NCBI GenBank assembly: GCA_045646345.1
Contig: JAZRKN010000001.1
Location: 233,531-297,530 of the forward strand
DNA length: 64,000 nt
From: Candidatus Scatovivens sp.
GTDB lineage: Bacteria; Bacillota; Clostridia; TANB77; CAG-508
Reading direction: 5' to 3'
How positions within the stretch are numbered: the first letter of the stretch is position 1; the number at the start of each line of letters is the position of its first letter. Below are positions 51,417-62,105 of this stretch, piece by piece. The notes below the pieces were generated by a model. That model saw only the letters and a list, made by a program, of their open reading frames with translations, had not been told where the DNA came from and did no database searches. The position numbers and the translations under genes were made by a program.

Positions 51417-53855
51417 CTATTTTATTATTATTTTTCCATCTTCAACTAAAACTCTATATTTATCATTTTCTTCAATTTTTTTATCTAATATAAATTCCGC
51501 AATTTTATCTTCAATATAATTTTGAATTACTCTTCTAACAGGTCTTGCTCCATAATTTTTATCTGTTCCCTTTTGTTCAATAAAATCTTTTATACTTTCA
51601 TCAAAATCAAAGTAATAATTTTGATTGTTTAATCTTTTTAACACTTTTCTTAAATTTATATCTATAATTTTTCTTATATCATTTGAATTTAATTTATTAA
51701 AAATTACGATTTCATCAATTCTATTTAAAAACTCCGGTTTTAATTCTCTTTTTAATTCATTCATCACTAAACTTTGTATTTCATTATATTCATCTTTTTC
51801 TGATAATTCATTATTCGAAAAACCTAACTTTTTCTTCTCTGTTATATTTCTAGCACCTATATTTGAAGTCATTATTATAACTGTATTTTTAAAACTTACA
51901 GTTCTTCCTTGACTATCTGTTAAAATTCCATCTTCTAATATTTGGAGTAATATATTCATAATATCTAAATGAGCCTTTTCTATTTCATCAAATAAAATTA
52001 CAGAGTATGGCTTTCTTCTTACTTTTTCTGCCAACCCATTTGATTCTTCATATCCAACATATCCTGGAGGTGAACCAATTATTTTCGATACAGAATGAGC
52101 CTCCATATATTCTGACATATCCAGTCTTATCATTGAATTCTCATTACCAAATAAATTTTCTGCTAAAGCTTTAGTTAATTCTGTTTTTCCAACACCAGTT
52201 GGGCCTAAAAATAAAAATGAACCAATTGGTCTATTGGGATCTTTCAAACCAATTCTCCCTCTCCTAATTGCTCTGGAAACAGCTGAAATTGCATCTTCTT
52301 GTCCCACAACTCTTTTATGAAGTGATTTTTCTAAATTCTTTAACTTTTCATTTTCACTTTCTGTTATCTTGTAAATTGGTATTCCTGTCCATCTTGATAT
52401 TATTTCTTCTACATCTTCTTTTTCAATATTTATTATTTTTTTAGTATTTCTGTTTTTCCATTTTTCATTTTCATCTTCTAATTTTTCAATTAAATTTCTT
52501 TCCATGTCTCTTAACTTAGCTGCTTTTTCATAATTTTGAATATTAATAGCTTCTTCTTTTTCTCTTACTATTTTCTCCAATTCTTTTTCCATATCTTTTA
52601 AATACTCCGGTTCAACAGATGACTTTAACTTTATTTTACTGGCTGTTTCATCAATTAAATCAATTGCTTTATCCGGCAAAAATCTATCATTTATATATCT
52701 ACTTGAAAGTTCAACTGCAGCTACAATTGCATTATCTGTTATTTTCACATTATGATGTGCCTCGTATTTATCCCTTATTCCTTTTAATATTTGTATTGTA
52801 TCTTCTTTATTTGGTTCTTCAATATAAATCGGTTGAAATCTTCTTTCTAACGCTTGATCTTTTTCTATATATTTCCTATATTCTTTTATTGTTGTTGCAC
52901 CAACAACTTGAATCTCTCCTCTAGCTAAAAGTGGTTTTAAAATATTAGCTGCATCAATCGCCCCTTCTGCTGCACCAGCTCCGACAATTGTATGAATTTC
53001 ATCAATAAATAAAATTATATCTTCTGCTTTTTTTACCTCCGCTAAACATTTTTTTACTCTTTCTTCAAAGTCACCTCTATATTTAGCTCCAGCAACCATT
53101 GATGTTATATCTAATGTAATTACTTTTTTGTTTTTCAAATTTTCTGGTATATTTCCATTTATAATCTTTTGTGCTAATCCTTCAATTACTGCAGTTTTAC
53201 CAACACCTGGTTCTCCGATTAAACATGGATTATTTTTTATTCTTCTAGATAGAATTTCTACAACTCTATCTGTCTCTTCGTTTCTTCCAATAACCGGATC
53301 TAGCTTTCCTTCTTCTGCTTGTTTAGTTAAATCATTCCCATATTGATTTAAATTTTGAAGATTAGAATTTTGATTTTGTTTTTCTTGCTTTTCTTGATTT
53401 ATTTCATTCATATTTTCTTCAAATTCATTTAATGTTTTTGCGATATCTGAATACAATTCATCTTCTTCAACATCTAAATCATTTAAAATTCTAATAGCTA
53501 AACTATCATTTTCTTTTAATATTCCTACTAATAAATGTTCTGTTCCTATAAAATTTGAACTTAATTTTTTGGCTTCTAAATATGCATTTTCTAAAATCTT
53601 TTTGGTTCTAGGAGTAAATCCTAAAACAGAAAAATTTTCTTTTATTTGAGCACCTAATAATTCTTCAATTTTATCTAAAATATCTTCAGACATAACGCCT
53701 TGATTTTTTAAGACTTTACTTGCAACTCCATTTTCTTCACAAGCAAGACCATATAATATATGTTCTGTTCCTATATAACTATGTCCTAAATCAACAGCAA
53801 GTTCATTGGCAATAGAAAGAACCTTTTCTCCACTTTTTGTGAATTTATATACCAT
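51417..53855 (-). CDS. clpC: Clp ATPase ClpC
   Basis: Two Clp-N repeats (GTEH), GEPGVGKT, GPTGVGKT, UVR coil; ATG at 53855 with GGAGG. Confidence 0.93.
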   Translation of the reverse strand: MVYKFTKSGEKVLSIANELAVDLGHSYIGTEHILYGLACEENGVASKVLKNQGVMSEDILDKIEELLGAQIKENFSVLGFTPRTKKILENAYLEAKKLSSNFIGTEHLLVGILKENDSLAIRILNDLDVEEDELYSDIAKTLNEFEENMNEINQEKQEKQNQNSNLQNLNQYGNDLTKQAEEGKLDPVIGRNEETDRVVEILSRRIKNNPCLIGEPGVGKTAVIEGLAQKIINGNIPENLKNKKVITLDITSMVAGAKYRGDFEERVKKCLAEVKKAEDIILFIDEIHTIVGAGAAEGAIDAANILKPLLARGEIQVVGATTIKEYRKYIEKDQALERRFQPIYIEEPNKEDTIQILKGIRDKYEAHHNVKITDNAIVAAVELSSRYINDRFLPDKAIDLIDETASKIKLKSSVEPEYLKDMEKELEKIVREKEEAINIQNYEKAAKLRDMERNLIEKLEDENEKWKNRNTKKIINIEKEDVEEIISRWTGIPIYKITESENEKLKNLEKSLHKRVVGQEDAISAVSRAIRRGRIGLKDPNRPIGSFLFLGPTGVGKTELTKALAENLFGNENSMIRLDMSEYMEAHSVSKIIGSPPGYVGYEESNGLAEKVRRKPYSVILFDEIEKAHLDIMNILLQILEDGILTDSQGRTVSFKNTVIIMTSNIGARNITEKKKLGFSNNELSEKDEYNEIQSLVMNELKRELKPEFLNRIDEIVIFNKLNSNDIRKIIDINLRKVLKRLNNQNYYFDFDESIKDFIEQKGTDKNYGARPVRRVIQNYIEDKIAEFILDKKIEENDKYRVLVEDGKIIIK

Positions 53856-53955
53856 AATAACCTCCATAAAAAAAGTTATTATTAATATACTCATAATATT
53901 TTGTTTTTAAACTAAAAAAAGACAGATTTTTAGTCTGTCTTCAATTTTATTTATT

Positions 53956-55311
53956 TTATAATCCAAATACCATAGTTGATATTGTAAAGAATAATAGTAC
54001 AGAGACTGTATCTACGACTGTTGTAAGCAATGGTGATGCCATTAAGGCTGGATCTAATTTTAATTTTTTAGCAAGTATTGGTAAAATTCCACCTAATTGT
54101 TTTGCTAATACAACAGTAAACATTAATGTCAATGAAACTGTAAATGCAATTTTTATATCATTATATTGAATCATTATTCTTATACTATTAACAATCGCTA
54201 ATGCTAAACCTACAATTAATGCAACTATAAATTCTTTTAACATTACTTTAAAAATATCTTTTGTACTAATTTCATCAACAGCTAATCCTCTTATTGTTAA
54301 TGTAGAACTTTGAGATCCACTGTTTCCTCCTGTACCCATTATCATTGGAATAAATGCCACAAGTATTGGAAGTGAAGATATGGCAGCTTCAAAATTTTCT
54401 ATAATTGCTCCAGTAATCATTGATGAAATCATTAATATTAAAAGCCATACAATTCTATTTTTTGCATGTTTAAATGCACTTGTTTTTAAGTAAGTATCAT
54501 CAGATGGTGCAATAGCAGCCATTTTCTCGAAGTCTTCCATTGTTTCTTCTTGTAATACGTCGATAGCATCATCAATTGTAATTATACCAACTAGTCTATC
54601 TTCTTGATCTACAATTGGAAGTGCAATGCAATCGTATTTATCAAACATTTTGATAATCTCTTCTTGATCTTCTAATGTGTTTGCTTTTACAACATTCTCA
54701 TCCATTATGTCTTTTACTAATTCTTCTCTGTCTGCAATTAAAAGATCTTTTATATCTATTATTCCTAATAATTTTCTATCTATTGATAAAACATAACAAT
54801 TATAAACAGTTTCCTTTTTTAATCCTTTTTTCTTAATAAAATCAAATGCATCTTTAACTGTCATATTTTCTTTCAAATCAATAAACTCAGTTGTCATCAA
54901 AGTTCCTGCAGTATCATCTGGATATTTCAAAAGTTCATTTATTATTTTTCTGTTTGCCGGTTTTGTATTAGCTAAAATACGTTTTACAACAGTTGCTGGC
55001 ATCTCTTCAATTAAGTCAACAGCGTCATCCATGTAAATTTCATTCATTACATTTTTTATTTCAGTATCTGTCAAACGATTTATTAACTTTTCTTGATCGT
55101 CAGAATCTAATTCAACAAAAACTTCTACTGCTTTTTCTTTAGATAGCAATCTATAAATCATTATTAAATTTTCATCATCAAATTCTTCTAGAATACTCGG
55201 GAAGTCAGCACTGTTTATTGTTTCTAAATATTTTCTTAAATCTTTAATTTTTTTATTTTCAATTAAATTTCTAATCTCTTCGATTATGTTTTCTTCTTTT
55301 TCTATTTCCAT
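53956..55311 (-). CDS. mgtE: Magnesium transporter MgtE
   Basis: CBS pair, GGNSGSQ, DPALMASP. Confidence 0.95.
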   Translation of the reverse strand: MEIEKEENIIEEIRNLIENKKIKDLRKYLETINSADFPSILEEFDDENLIMIYRLLSKEKAVEVFVELDSDDQEKLINRLTDTEIKNVMNEIYMDDAVDLIEEMPATVVKRILANTKPANRKIINELLKYPDDTAGTLMTTEFIDLKENMTVKDAFDFIKKKGLKKETVYNCYVLSIDRKLLGIIDIKDLLIADREELVKDIMDENVVKANTLEDQEEIIKMFDKYDCIALPIVDQEDRLVGIITIDDAIDVLQEETMEDFEKMAAIAPSDDTYLKTSAFKHAKNRIVWLLILMISSMITGAIIENFEAAISSLPILVAFIPMIMGTGGNSGSQSSTLTIRGLAVDEISTKDIFKVMLKEFIVALIVGLALAIVNSIRIMIQYNDIKIAFTVSLTLMFTVVLAKQLGGILPILAKKLKLDPALMASPLLTTVVDTVSVLLFFTISTMVFGL

Positions 55312-55802
55312 TACTGAATTCCTCCTATTCCAAAATCAAAATTTTTACATTTTTATACTTTAATTTTATCGTTTTTATTCAATTTACATTAATACGAATT
55401 ATTAAAGTTTATGTAAATTCACCAACATTTTTATTATACTCTAATATTTCAAAAAAGTCAAGATTTGCCAATAAAAGTTGTTTACCACTTTAGTGTTGTT
55501 TTATATCTTTTTATTCCTTTTTTTATCTCTCTTTTTCTCGTTTTTTCACCTAATTATATTTTGTTTGTTTTTTTAAATCATATATATTATTTTATTTCAA
55601 TTTTAATAAACATTATTAATGCTTATATTAACCATCAGTATTAATCACTTTACATAATGTATTTTTAGTGATATAATTGTCTATAGCAAAAAAATTTACA
55701 AGGAGGTTTTATTACTTTTGCAATCACATATAACCTTTTATATGTGTTCATATATATTTTTGTAACTGTTGACCTTTTCTTTTTAGAAAGGCAAGTGATT
55801 AT

Positions 55803-56786
55803 ATGAAAAAAATCTATAACATTATCAGCATTTTGGCTATCGTTGCATTTATCTTTGGAATTAAACATTTGTCTATTGTAAAAACAAATCCAATCGATGA
55901 ATCAGTAAACTATCAGGATGAACTTTTTACTGAAGCTAGTATGTATACATTAGATTATTCTATAGTTGAAAAACTTGATTCAATTACAACAAAAACTTTA
56001 GACGCATCTCATATAGAACTTTATGGATACGAATATGAGTATGTTTTAAATTACGAAAATGAATTATTTCATCCTTTTAGCTTTCCTGGTTTTCCATACG
56101 ATAATACACCAGCCAAATACAATCTTGATGACTTAGAATACTTTAAATTTAATAAAAGCCAAGAACGCATTATCGAAAAGTCCAAAAAACGAATTTCCAA
56201 ATTGGTTGATGACTATTCAATTTTTTCAGACAAAGATTTTTTAAAACAAGGTATTGAAAACATTGAATTTTATCTTGTACGACATCCAGAACTTTTTAAA
56301 ACAGATTATAACGCTGAACTTATTGCAGTTTATTATGAAGGATCAATTTACATTAACAAAGATTCAGTCAAAAACTTTTGTGAACATTCTGCATCACACG
56401 AATTGATTCATCATTTAAGACATTTAACCAATTATGGTGATGATTATTACAATATTGATCCTGCATATTCTGGATTACTTTTCGATGAAGTAATGACAGA
56501 AGTATTAACCGTATCTTCTAATCCATATTTACCAAAAAATCTAAACGGTTATCTTTCTTATACTTACAATGTTTATAGATATTTAGACATATTCAAAGAA
56601 GATGCCCTTAAAGCCTATTTCTATGGTTATGATGAGTTCTTTGAAAAATATGGTAATGAAAATTTCCTAATGGAGCACGACGCATTCGTCGCTTCATTTA
56701 CTGGATATTCTAGCGAATATTATGACTTGCTGAACGATTTAACTATCGAAATTTTAAATAAAATCAAGCCAAATTCGTATAACTAA
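55803..56786 (+). CDS. Secreted/anchored orphan putative gluzincin
   Basis: Signal-like N-terminus, SHELIHH plus FDEVMTE; terminator 56818-56868. Confidence 0.55.
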   Translation: MKKIYNIISILAIVAFIFGIKHLSIVKTNPIDESVNYQDELFTEASMYTLDYSIVEKLDSITTKTLDASHIELYGYEYEYVLNYENELFHPFSFPGFPYDNTPAKYNLDDLEYFKFNKSQERIIEKSKKRISKLVDDYSIFSDKDFLKQGIENIEFYLVRHPELFKTDYNAELIAVYYEGSIYINKDSVKNFCEHSASHELIHHLRHLTNYGDDYYNIDPAYSGLLFDEVMTEVLTVSSNPYLPKNLNGYLSYTYNVYRYLDIFKEDALKAYFYGYDEFFEKYGNENFLMEHDAFVASFTGYSSEYYDLLNDLTIEILNKIKPNSYN

Positions 56787-56950
56787 GTATATCCAATTCC
56801 ATCTTTTTAATGATGATAAAAAAAGCAAAAGCCCACTCGAGATATTCTCAAGTGGGCTTTTGCTTTTTCAAAAGAAATATAAATCAATATATTTAACAAA
56901 AATAAAAAAATAGTAATACCTACATATTTGTAAGTACTACTATCTTTTAT

Positions 56951-57026
56951 TGGTGGCTTCGAGTGGAATCGAACCGCTGACACGGGGATTTTCAGTCCCC
57001 TGCTCTACCAACTGAGCTACGAAGCC
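56951..57026 (-). tRNA. tRNA-Phe(GAA)
   Basis: GGCTTCGTAGCTCAG...CT-GAA-AA...GGTTCGATTCC...CCA. Confidence 0.97.
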
Positions 57027-57065
57027 TTATATAAAAAATATCTAGTTTTTCAACTAGATATTTTT

Positions 57066-57142
57066 TGGCGACCTGGAACGGGCTCGAACCGTCGACCTCC
57101 GCCGTGACAGGGCGGCATTCTAACCAACTGAACTACCAGGCC
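57066..57142 (-). tRNA. tRNA-Asp(GTC)
   Basis: GGCCTGGTAGTTCAG...CT-GTC-AC...GGTTCGAGCCC...CCA. Confidence 0.97.
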
Positions 57143-57149
57143 AAATAAG

Positions 57150-57225
57150 TGGTGGTCGCTATTGGGATCGAACCAATGACCTCCTGCTTGTAAGGCAGAT
57201 GCTCTCCCAGCTGAGCTAAGCGACC
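57150..57225 (-). tRNA. tRNA-Val(TAC)
   Basis: GGTCGCTTAGCTCAG...CT-TAC-AA...CCA; upstream TTGACA-17-TAAAAT. Confidence 0.97.
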
Positions 57226-57298
57226 GTTAACTAGTTGACGAAAATTATTTTACTATATAATTTTTTATTTGTCAACACTTTTTTAAATTAAATTTTAA

Positions 57299-57384
57299 TG
57301 GTGGGCAGAGATGGATTCGAACCATCGTACGCTCTCGCGGCCAGATTTACAGTCTGGTGCCATTAACCACTCGACCACCTGCCC
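57299..57384 (-). tRNA. tRNA-Tyr(GTA)
   Basis: GGGCAGGTGGTCGAGTGG...CT-GTA-AA, long variable arm, CCA; upstream TTGACA-17-TATAAT (57443-57415). Confidence 0.96.
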
Positions 57385-57509
57385 ATATGCATTGTTCTCT
57401 CAAGCACATGACTTATTATAACGGTTATTTGGTATCTTGTCAATACTTATTTTTTATTTTTTTAACTTTTTTTTAAACAACCGCCAAACACCATTCATTT
57501 CCGTTATTT

Positions 57510-58235
57510 TTAATTAATATTTTTATTCTCTTCTATATTATTTGAATTCTTTTCTACTTTATTTCTTATAACAGTTGTTTTATCATTAGTTATATCACCA
57601 TTGCCATCTAACGAAATATATTCACCTAAATATGTTGGTTTTACTTTTAATATACATCCAAAAAAATCTTTATTTCTAGCAATCACTTCTCTTAATTCTC
57701 TATATGAAGCTCCAACATACCTTCTAGGATCTGAATTCACTCCATAAGCTTCTATATCCAATTGATTCGCAATATATAACGCTCTAAATAAATGATATTT
57801 TTGTGTAACAACAACTATTTTTTTGGCTCCGAATATTTCCTTTACTCTATAAATACTTTCATAAGAAGAAAAGCCCGCATGATCCATAAATATATTTTCT
57901 GAAGGCACTCCTTTTTCAATTGCATAATTTTTCATTACATTCACTTCATCATAATCAACCTTACCATGATCACCACTCACAACTATTTTGGCAGAAACAT
58001 TTTCGTTATATAATGCAATTGCTTCATTTAATCTATCTTCAAGCATTGGACTTGGACTATTCCCCCATATTCCAGCTCCAAGAACAATAATACAATCAAC
58101 ACTATCTAATTGGGTTGCTTCTTTTCTACTTATAATTTGATTTTTGGTTGACATTGTAACAATTGTATTTATAATAAAAACTAAAATAATCGCAATTAAT
58201 ACTATAACTATCCCTATTATCAAAAACTTCTTCAT
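57510..58235 (-). CDS. SanA/YdcF (DUF218) protein
   Basis: IVLGAG, MLEDRL, VSGDH, DHAGFSSYES, TQKYHLFRA. Confidence 0.9.
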   Translation of the reverse strand: MKKFLIIGIVIVLIAIILVFIINTIVTMSTKNQIISRKEATQLDSVDCIIVLGAGIWGNSPSPMLEDRLNEAIALYNENVSAKIVVSGDHGKVDYDEVNVMKNYAIEKGVPSENIFMDHAGFSSYESIYRVKEIFGAKKIVVVTQKYHLFRALYIANQLDIEAYGVNSDPRRYVGASYRELREVIARNKDFFGCILKVKPTYLGEYISLDGNGDITNDKTTVIRNKVEKNSNNIEENKNIN

Positions 58236-58264
58236 TTGAATTCCACCTTCCTTAGGCATATATA

Positions 58265-58702
58265 TTAATTATCTCTTTCTTCAAATTTATTGTATTTATC
58301 AACATTTTCTGTAAGCTTTTTAAAAAATACAATACAGGCAATTACTATTATATATATATACGTTAATTTATTAAGAGCATCATATACATCTATACCATTT
58401 TCTTTCATATAATTTTCTAAATCAATATAATAATTCCAACTATTATCATCTATTGATAAATTTTTATTTATTACAGTTATGTGATATCCATCTCCAGCAT
58501 TTGTATCAAGAAAAATAATTTTAGCTTCATCTGAATTCAATCCACAATCACTTAATAATAATTCTAATTGTGCATCATCATTATTTATCATAATATAACA
58601 ACCTAAAAAATCAATAAATATATTATATAAAATTAATGTAATTGGAATTATTACTAATACCACAATAAGAAAAACTTTTAAAAACTTTTTAATTATTTCC
58701 AC
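58265..58702 (-). CDS. Hypothetical two-TM protein
   Basis: 145-aa ORF with N- and C-terminal hydrophobic segments. Confidence 0.6.
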   Translation of the reverse strand: MEIIKKFLKVFLIVVLVIIPITLILYNIFIDFLGCYIMINNDDAQLELLLSDCGLNSDEAKIIFLDTNAGDGYHITVINKNLSIDDNSWNYYIDLENYMKENGIDVYDALNKLTYIYIIVIACIVFFKKLTENVDKYNKFEERDN

Positions 58703-58730
58703 TCTTTCTTACCTCATTCTATCTTTCTAG

Positions 58731-59219
58731 TCATAAACTTTCATGAACTCTTATTAGATTATTTAATTCTCTATTTAAATCCTCTTCGAAAATAGTTCCT
58801 TTTGCCAAATCGACATACCACTCTTTAGTTTCTTTTATATATTTGGCTTGAAATTCAGAACTTGCCATTGGTGCTTCTGATAAATTATGAATCCTATCTG
58901 CCAATTTCACCATTTTTGCAATATCATTATTTTTTATATTTTCAATATATTCTTTCATTATATAACCTTCTGTTTTAGAAACTAATCTAACAGCTTCTGC
59001 AACATCTTCATTTGACAATTCAATTATTTCATCATACGTTGCGTCTGTATCTTCTATTAGATCATGAAATAATCCCGCAAAAATATATTCTTCTGAAAAA
59101 CCTTTATTTATCAACATATTTGCCACAGCTAGTGGATGCAAATAATACGGTGTCCCTTGTTTTCTTTTTTGATTTCCATGTTTTTGTTTTATAAATTCTA
59201 TTGCTTTTTCTAAATTCAT
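58731..59219 (-). CDS. Stand-alone (p)ppGpp hydrolase-like HD protein (SAH/Mesh1-like)
   Basis: HGNQKRK-GTPYYLHP, FHDLIEDT, VKLADRIHN. Confidence 0.85.
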   Translation of the reverse strand: MNLEKAIEFIKQKHGNQKRKQGTPYYLHPLAVANMLINKGFSEEYIFAGLFHDLIEDTDATYDEIIELSNEDVAEAVRLVSKTEGYIMKEYIENIKNNDIAKMVKLADRIHNLSEAPMASSEFQAKYIKETKEWYVDLAKGTIFEEDLNRELNNLIRVHESL

Positions 59220-59230
59220 TTTTACCTCTT

Positions 59231-59953
59231 TTATTTATTATTCATATCATTTATTCTATAATGACCAGTAATTGGCCATGCGTATTCACTGTAAAATTTT
59301 AATCCATCTTCTTCTCTATTTGGTTGTCCTGCATTATGAATTATATATGGAATTCCCTCTTTATTTCTTTTGTCTGAAATAATACCAATGTGATCTTCGT
59401 TACTTGATTGAAATACAACAATATCTCCTGGCATCCATTCTTCTATTTTTGATAAATCAGTAGTTAAAGATATATGATTTTTTTCAAAATACACTTTTAA
59501 ATTTTTTACTCTTCTAAAGTCTATATTAGGATCTGGTTTTCCAGCAACTCTTGGATAACTCTGCAAATTTTCTTTTATATCCTTATCAATCATATCTTTT
59601 AATGAATATCCTGCATTTTTTAACGCTCTCCATATAACATCAGAACAGACTCCTTCTGTATCTGGTGGATATCCACCACTGTAATATGCATCTTTATATT
59701 GTGGTTTGTTCTTTGCTTCAATTCTTGCGCCTTCCACAATGTCCGAATAATCATCAATATCATCATTGTCGAAATCCGTGTTACTTTTTATATCTTCAAA
59801 ACCGAAATCTTTAGCATAAAAAATAGTTTGAGGTTTAATTATTGTTTCTGAATAATATATTATTGCATTCTTATATTCTAGCACGAATATAGTTAATGCT
59901 ATCGTTATTAAGATAAAAATTAAACAAAAAAATATTACAAACCTTTTTCTCAT
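59231..59953 (-). CDS. DUF1287 family protein
   Basis: GVCSDVIWRA, DPNIDFRRVKNL, PGDIV, HIGIISDK, IIHNAG. Confidence 0.85.
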   Translation of the reverse strand: MRKRFVIFFCLIFILITIALTIFVLEYKNAIIYYSETIIKPQTIFYAKDFGFEDIKSNTDFDNDDIDDYSDIVEGARIEAKNKPQYKDAYYSGGYPPDTEGVCSDVIWRALKNAGYSLKDMIDKDIKENLQSYPRVAGKPDPNIDFRRVKNLKVYFEKNHISLTTDLSKIEEWMPGDIVVFQSSNEDHIGIISDKRNKEGIPYIIHNAGQPNREEDGLKFYSEYAWPITGHYRINDMNNK

Positions 59954-60112
59954 ATGTTTAGTTCCTCTCATTTTTAATAAGTATAAAAAGAACAATGACT
60001 CTATATAATGTTTATACCATAATTTAATCAATATCTCAATATTCTTATAGAGTTATTATAAATTTCGTTTTATTATAACTAGCAATTTTTAGAAAAAATT
60101 TTAAAATTTCTC

Positions 60113-60141
60113 TTGACATCGCATACTTATTAGTTTATAAT
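60113..60141 (+). promoter_or_regulatory. Consensus SigA promoter of the tRNA
   Basis: TTGACA-17-TATAAT. Confidence 0.85.
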
Positions 60142-60161
60142 AAGTCTTGTCGTTAGGCAAC

Positions 60162-60238
60162 GCGCCCTTAGCTCAGTTGGTCAGAGCAACCGGCTCATAA
60201 CCGGTGGGTCCAAGGTTCGAATCCTTGAGGGCGCACCA
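60162..60238 (+). tRNA. tRNA with CAT anticodon, most likely tRNA-Ile2
   Basis: GCGCCCTTAGCTCAG...ACCGGCT-CAT-AACCGGT...CCA; C4:G69 and C5:G68 pairs; no initiator features. Confidence 0.88.
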
Positions 60239-60627
60239 AAAACCAGTAGAGATACTGGTTTTTATTTTTTTATAAAACACTTTGGAAAGGCTGATTTTAA
60301 GCCTTTTTTTAGTTTTAATATTTTTAAAACTTTCTCAAAATTTTTTAGCCTTTTCAGGATTTTAACCCCAATTACACAACCAAATTTCAAAAAATCCCAT
60401 TTTGGTTGTGCAAATCACCACCCCAAAGGCGAAAATGGGGGAACGATTGTTAGAGTGGTATTTCATGCTCTATAGAAGCTCAAATTTATTAATAAAATAA
60501 AAAAGCACCTTCTATAGAAGATGCAATAAACTTTTTCAGTTTCTAACACACAGAAACTCACAGAGTTTCTGTGTGAAAAAGACTAGAATAAATTCTAGTC
60601 TTTTTTGATAAGCAAATTGTAATTTGT

Positions 60628-61245
60628 TTATCTTAAATTATTAATCTCTTTTTGTAAATTAGCTAAAAATTTTCCAGCATGAGCGCCATCCATTTGAGTA
60701 TGATGATATTGAAAGGAAAGTGTTAGATAATACTTAAATAATTTCTTTTTATATTTTCCCCAAATTATAAATGGATTATTAAATATACCACTATTCATTC
60801 CTACTGCACCATCAAGTTCTGTATCAATAATTGCAGAAGTACCAATTACCATACTATCTGTTAAATCTCTATCTATACAAGTTTGAGCCACTTCATTTGT
60901 ATATTTTAAATAATCTTCATTATATTTTTTTAAGTCATCATTATATAAAATATCACACGAACTAACTTCGCCATCTTTATTTTTTACAATAGTATTTACA
61001 GCAATACTATCATATCGAATTAATTTATTTCCTACTGGAAGCATATAAAATTCTTCAATAGTTGATGCTGATTTTCCTATACAATAATCTAATAACATAT
61101 TAAATTTTAATTTACTCTTTTTACTTTTTTTAATAAGTGGTGTAACATCTAATGTTTTGAAAAATGTTACCATTGGATTTGGAGCTTTCATCCATAATTC
61201 ATAAGCTTTTGCTCTTTTTGTTTCTTTAGGATTTATTTCTTTCAT
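60628..61245 (-). CDS. CatA-like O-acetyltransferase
   Basis: PFIIWGKY, QYHHTQMDGAH catalytic-His motif. Confidence 0.85.
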   Translation of the reverse strand: MKEINPKETKRAKAYELWMKAPNPMVTFFKTLDVTPLIKKSKKSKLKFNMLLDYCIGKSASTIEEFYMLPVGNKLIRYDSIAVNTIVKNKDGEVSSCDILYNDDLKKYNEDYLKYTNEVAQTCIDRDLTDSMVIGTSAIIDTELDGAVGMNSGIFNNPFIIWGKYKKKLFKYYLTLSFQYHHTQMDGAHAGKFLANLQKEINNLR

Positions 61246-61287
61246 TTTATTTCAAACCTTTCTATAAATTGTAACTTGTTTGTATGA

Positions 61288-62085
61288 TTATTTCTTTTTT
61301 ACCGGAACTTGTATTTCTGTTAAATAATCATCTTCATTTTCTTTATTCCAGCAACCATCAATATAGCACTCCCTTGGAAATTCTGTAATTTCATATCCAT
61401 TATCCTCAATGTATTTTAAAATTGTGTTATAAGAATCTCTTAAGTTATTATAAGAACCCTTATGGTATACACATACTGCATTAATAGGTTTTAATTCCAT
61501 AAATTTAATGATGTCATTTTCTAATCCTTTTTCTTGTACTGTTTCTACGTATCTTATTTTTATATCATTTTCTCTGTATTCACCATCTAAATAATTTACG
61601 TAGCAATATCCTGGTTCTGTACATTTTAAATTAGGATTTAATTTTAAGCACTCTTCTCCTGTACTTAAAACAAAACTTGCAAGTTCGCTATAATCTTTTA
61701 TTACTCCTTCCCTATAATATGCAATACCTTTTGGTAATTCTTTAAATGTAATTTTACTTTCCATATTCATATCCTCCAATAAATAATTTATCTTTGAAAG
61801 CTGAATATGTTCTAAATCAAGATTATTTTTAATTTCTTTTTTTCTTATTTCTAATAACTCTTTTAAATCACAACCTTCTTGTACTTTTTTTATATCTTTA
61901 ATAGACATTCCTATCTGCCTTAATGATATTATTTTAGATAAATCTATTAATTGACTTGTTTCATAATATCTGTACCCTGTTTCTTTATCAATATAAGCTG
62001 GTATTAATAAATTTTCTTTTTCATAATATCTTAAAGTTTTTACTGTTGTTTTTGAAAGTATTGAAAATTCTCCTATTTTATACAT
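61288..62085 (-). CDS. MerR-family regulator with GyrI-like ligand domain
   Basis: YKIGEFS...KTLRYYE...ETGYRYY; HKGSY, PRECY, TEIQVPV. Confidence 0.92.
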   Translation of the reverse strand: MYKIGEFSILSKTTVKTLRYYEKENLLIPAYIDKETGYRYYETSQLIDLSKIISLRQIGMSIKDIKKVQEGCDLKELLEIRKKEIKNNLDLEHIQLSKINYLLEDMNMESKITFKELPKGIAYYREGVIKDYSELASFVLSTGEECLKLNPNLKCTEPGYCYVNYLDGEYRENDIKIRYVETVQEKGLENDIIKFMELKPINAVCVYHKGSYNNLRDSYNTILKYIEDNGYEITEFPRECYIDGCWNKENEDDYLTEIQVPVKKK

Positions 62086-62105
62086 ATATTTCGCCTCCTA
62101 AATTA

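Noticed and set aside
55312-55660. M-box riboswitch upstream of mgtE
   Set aside because: Region is very AT-rich with no recognisable conserved core or terminator
60162-60238. Initiator tRNA-fMet
   Set aside because: G1:C72 paired and no triple G:C anticodon stem; fits Ile2 better
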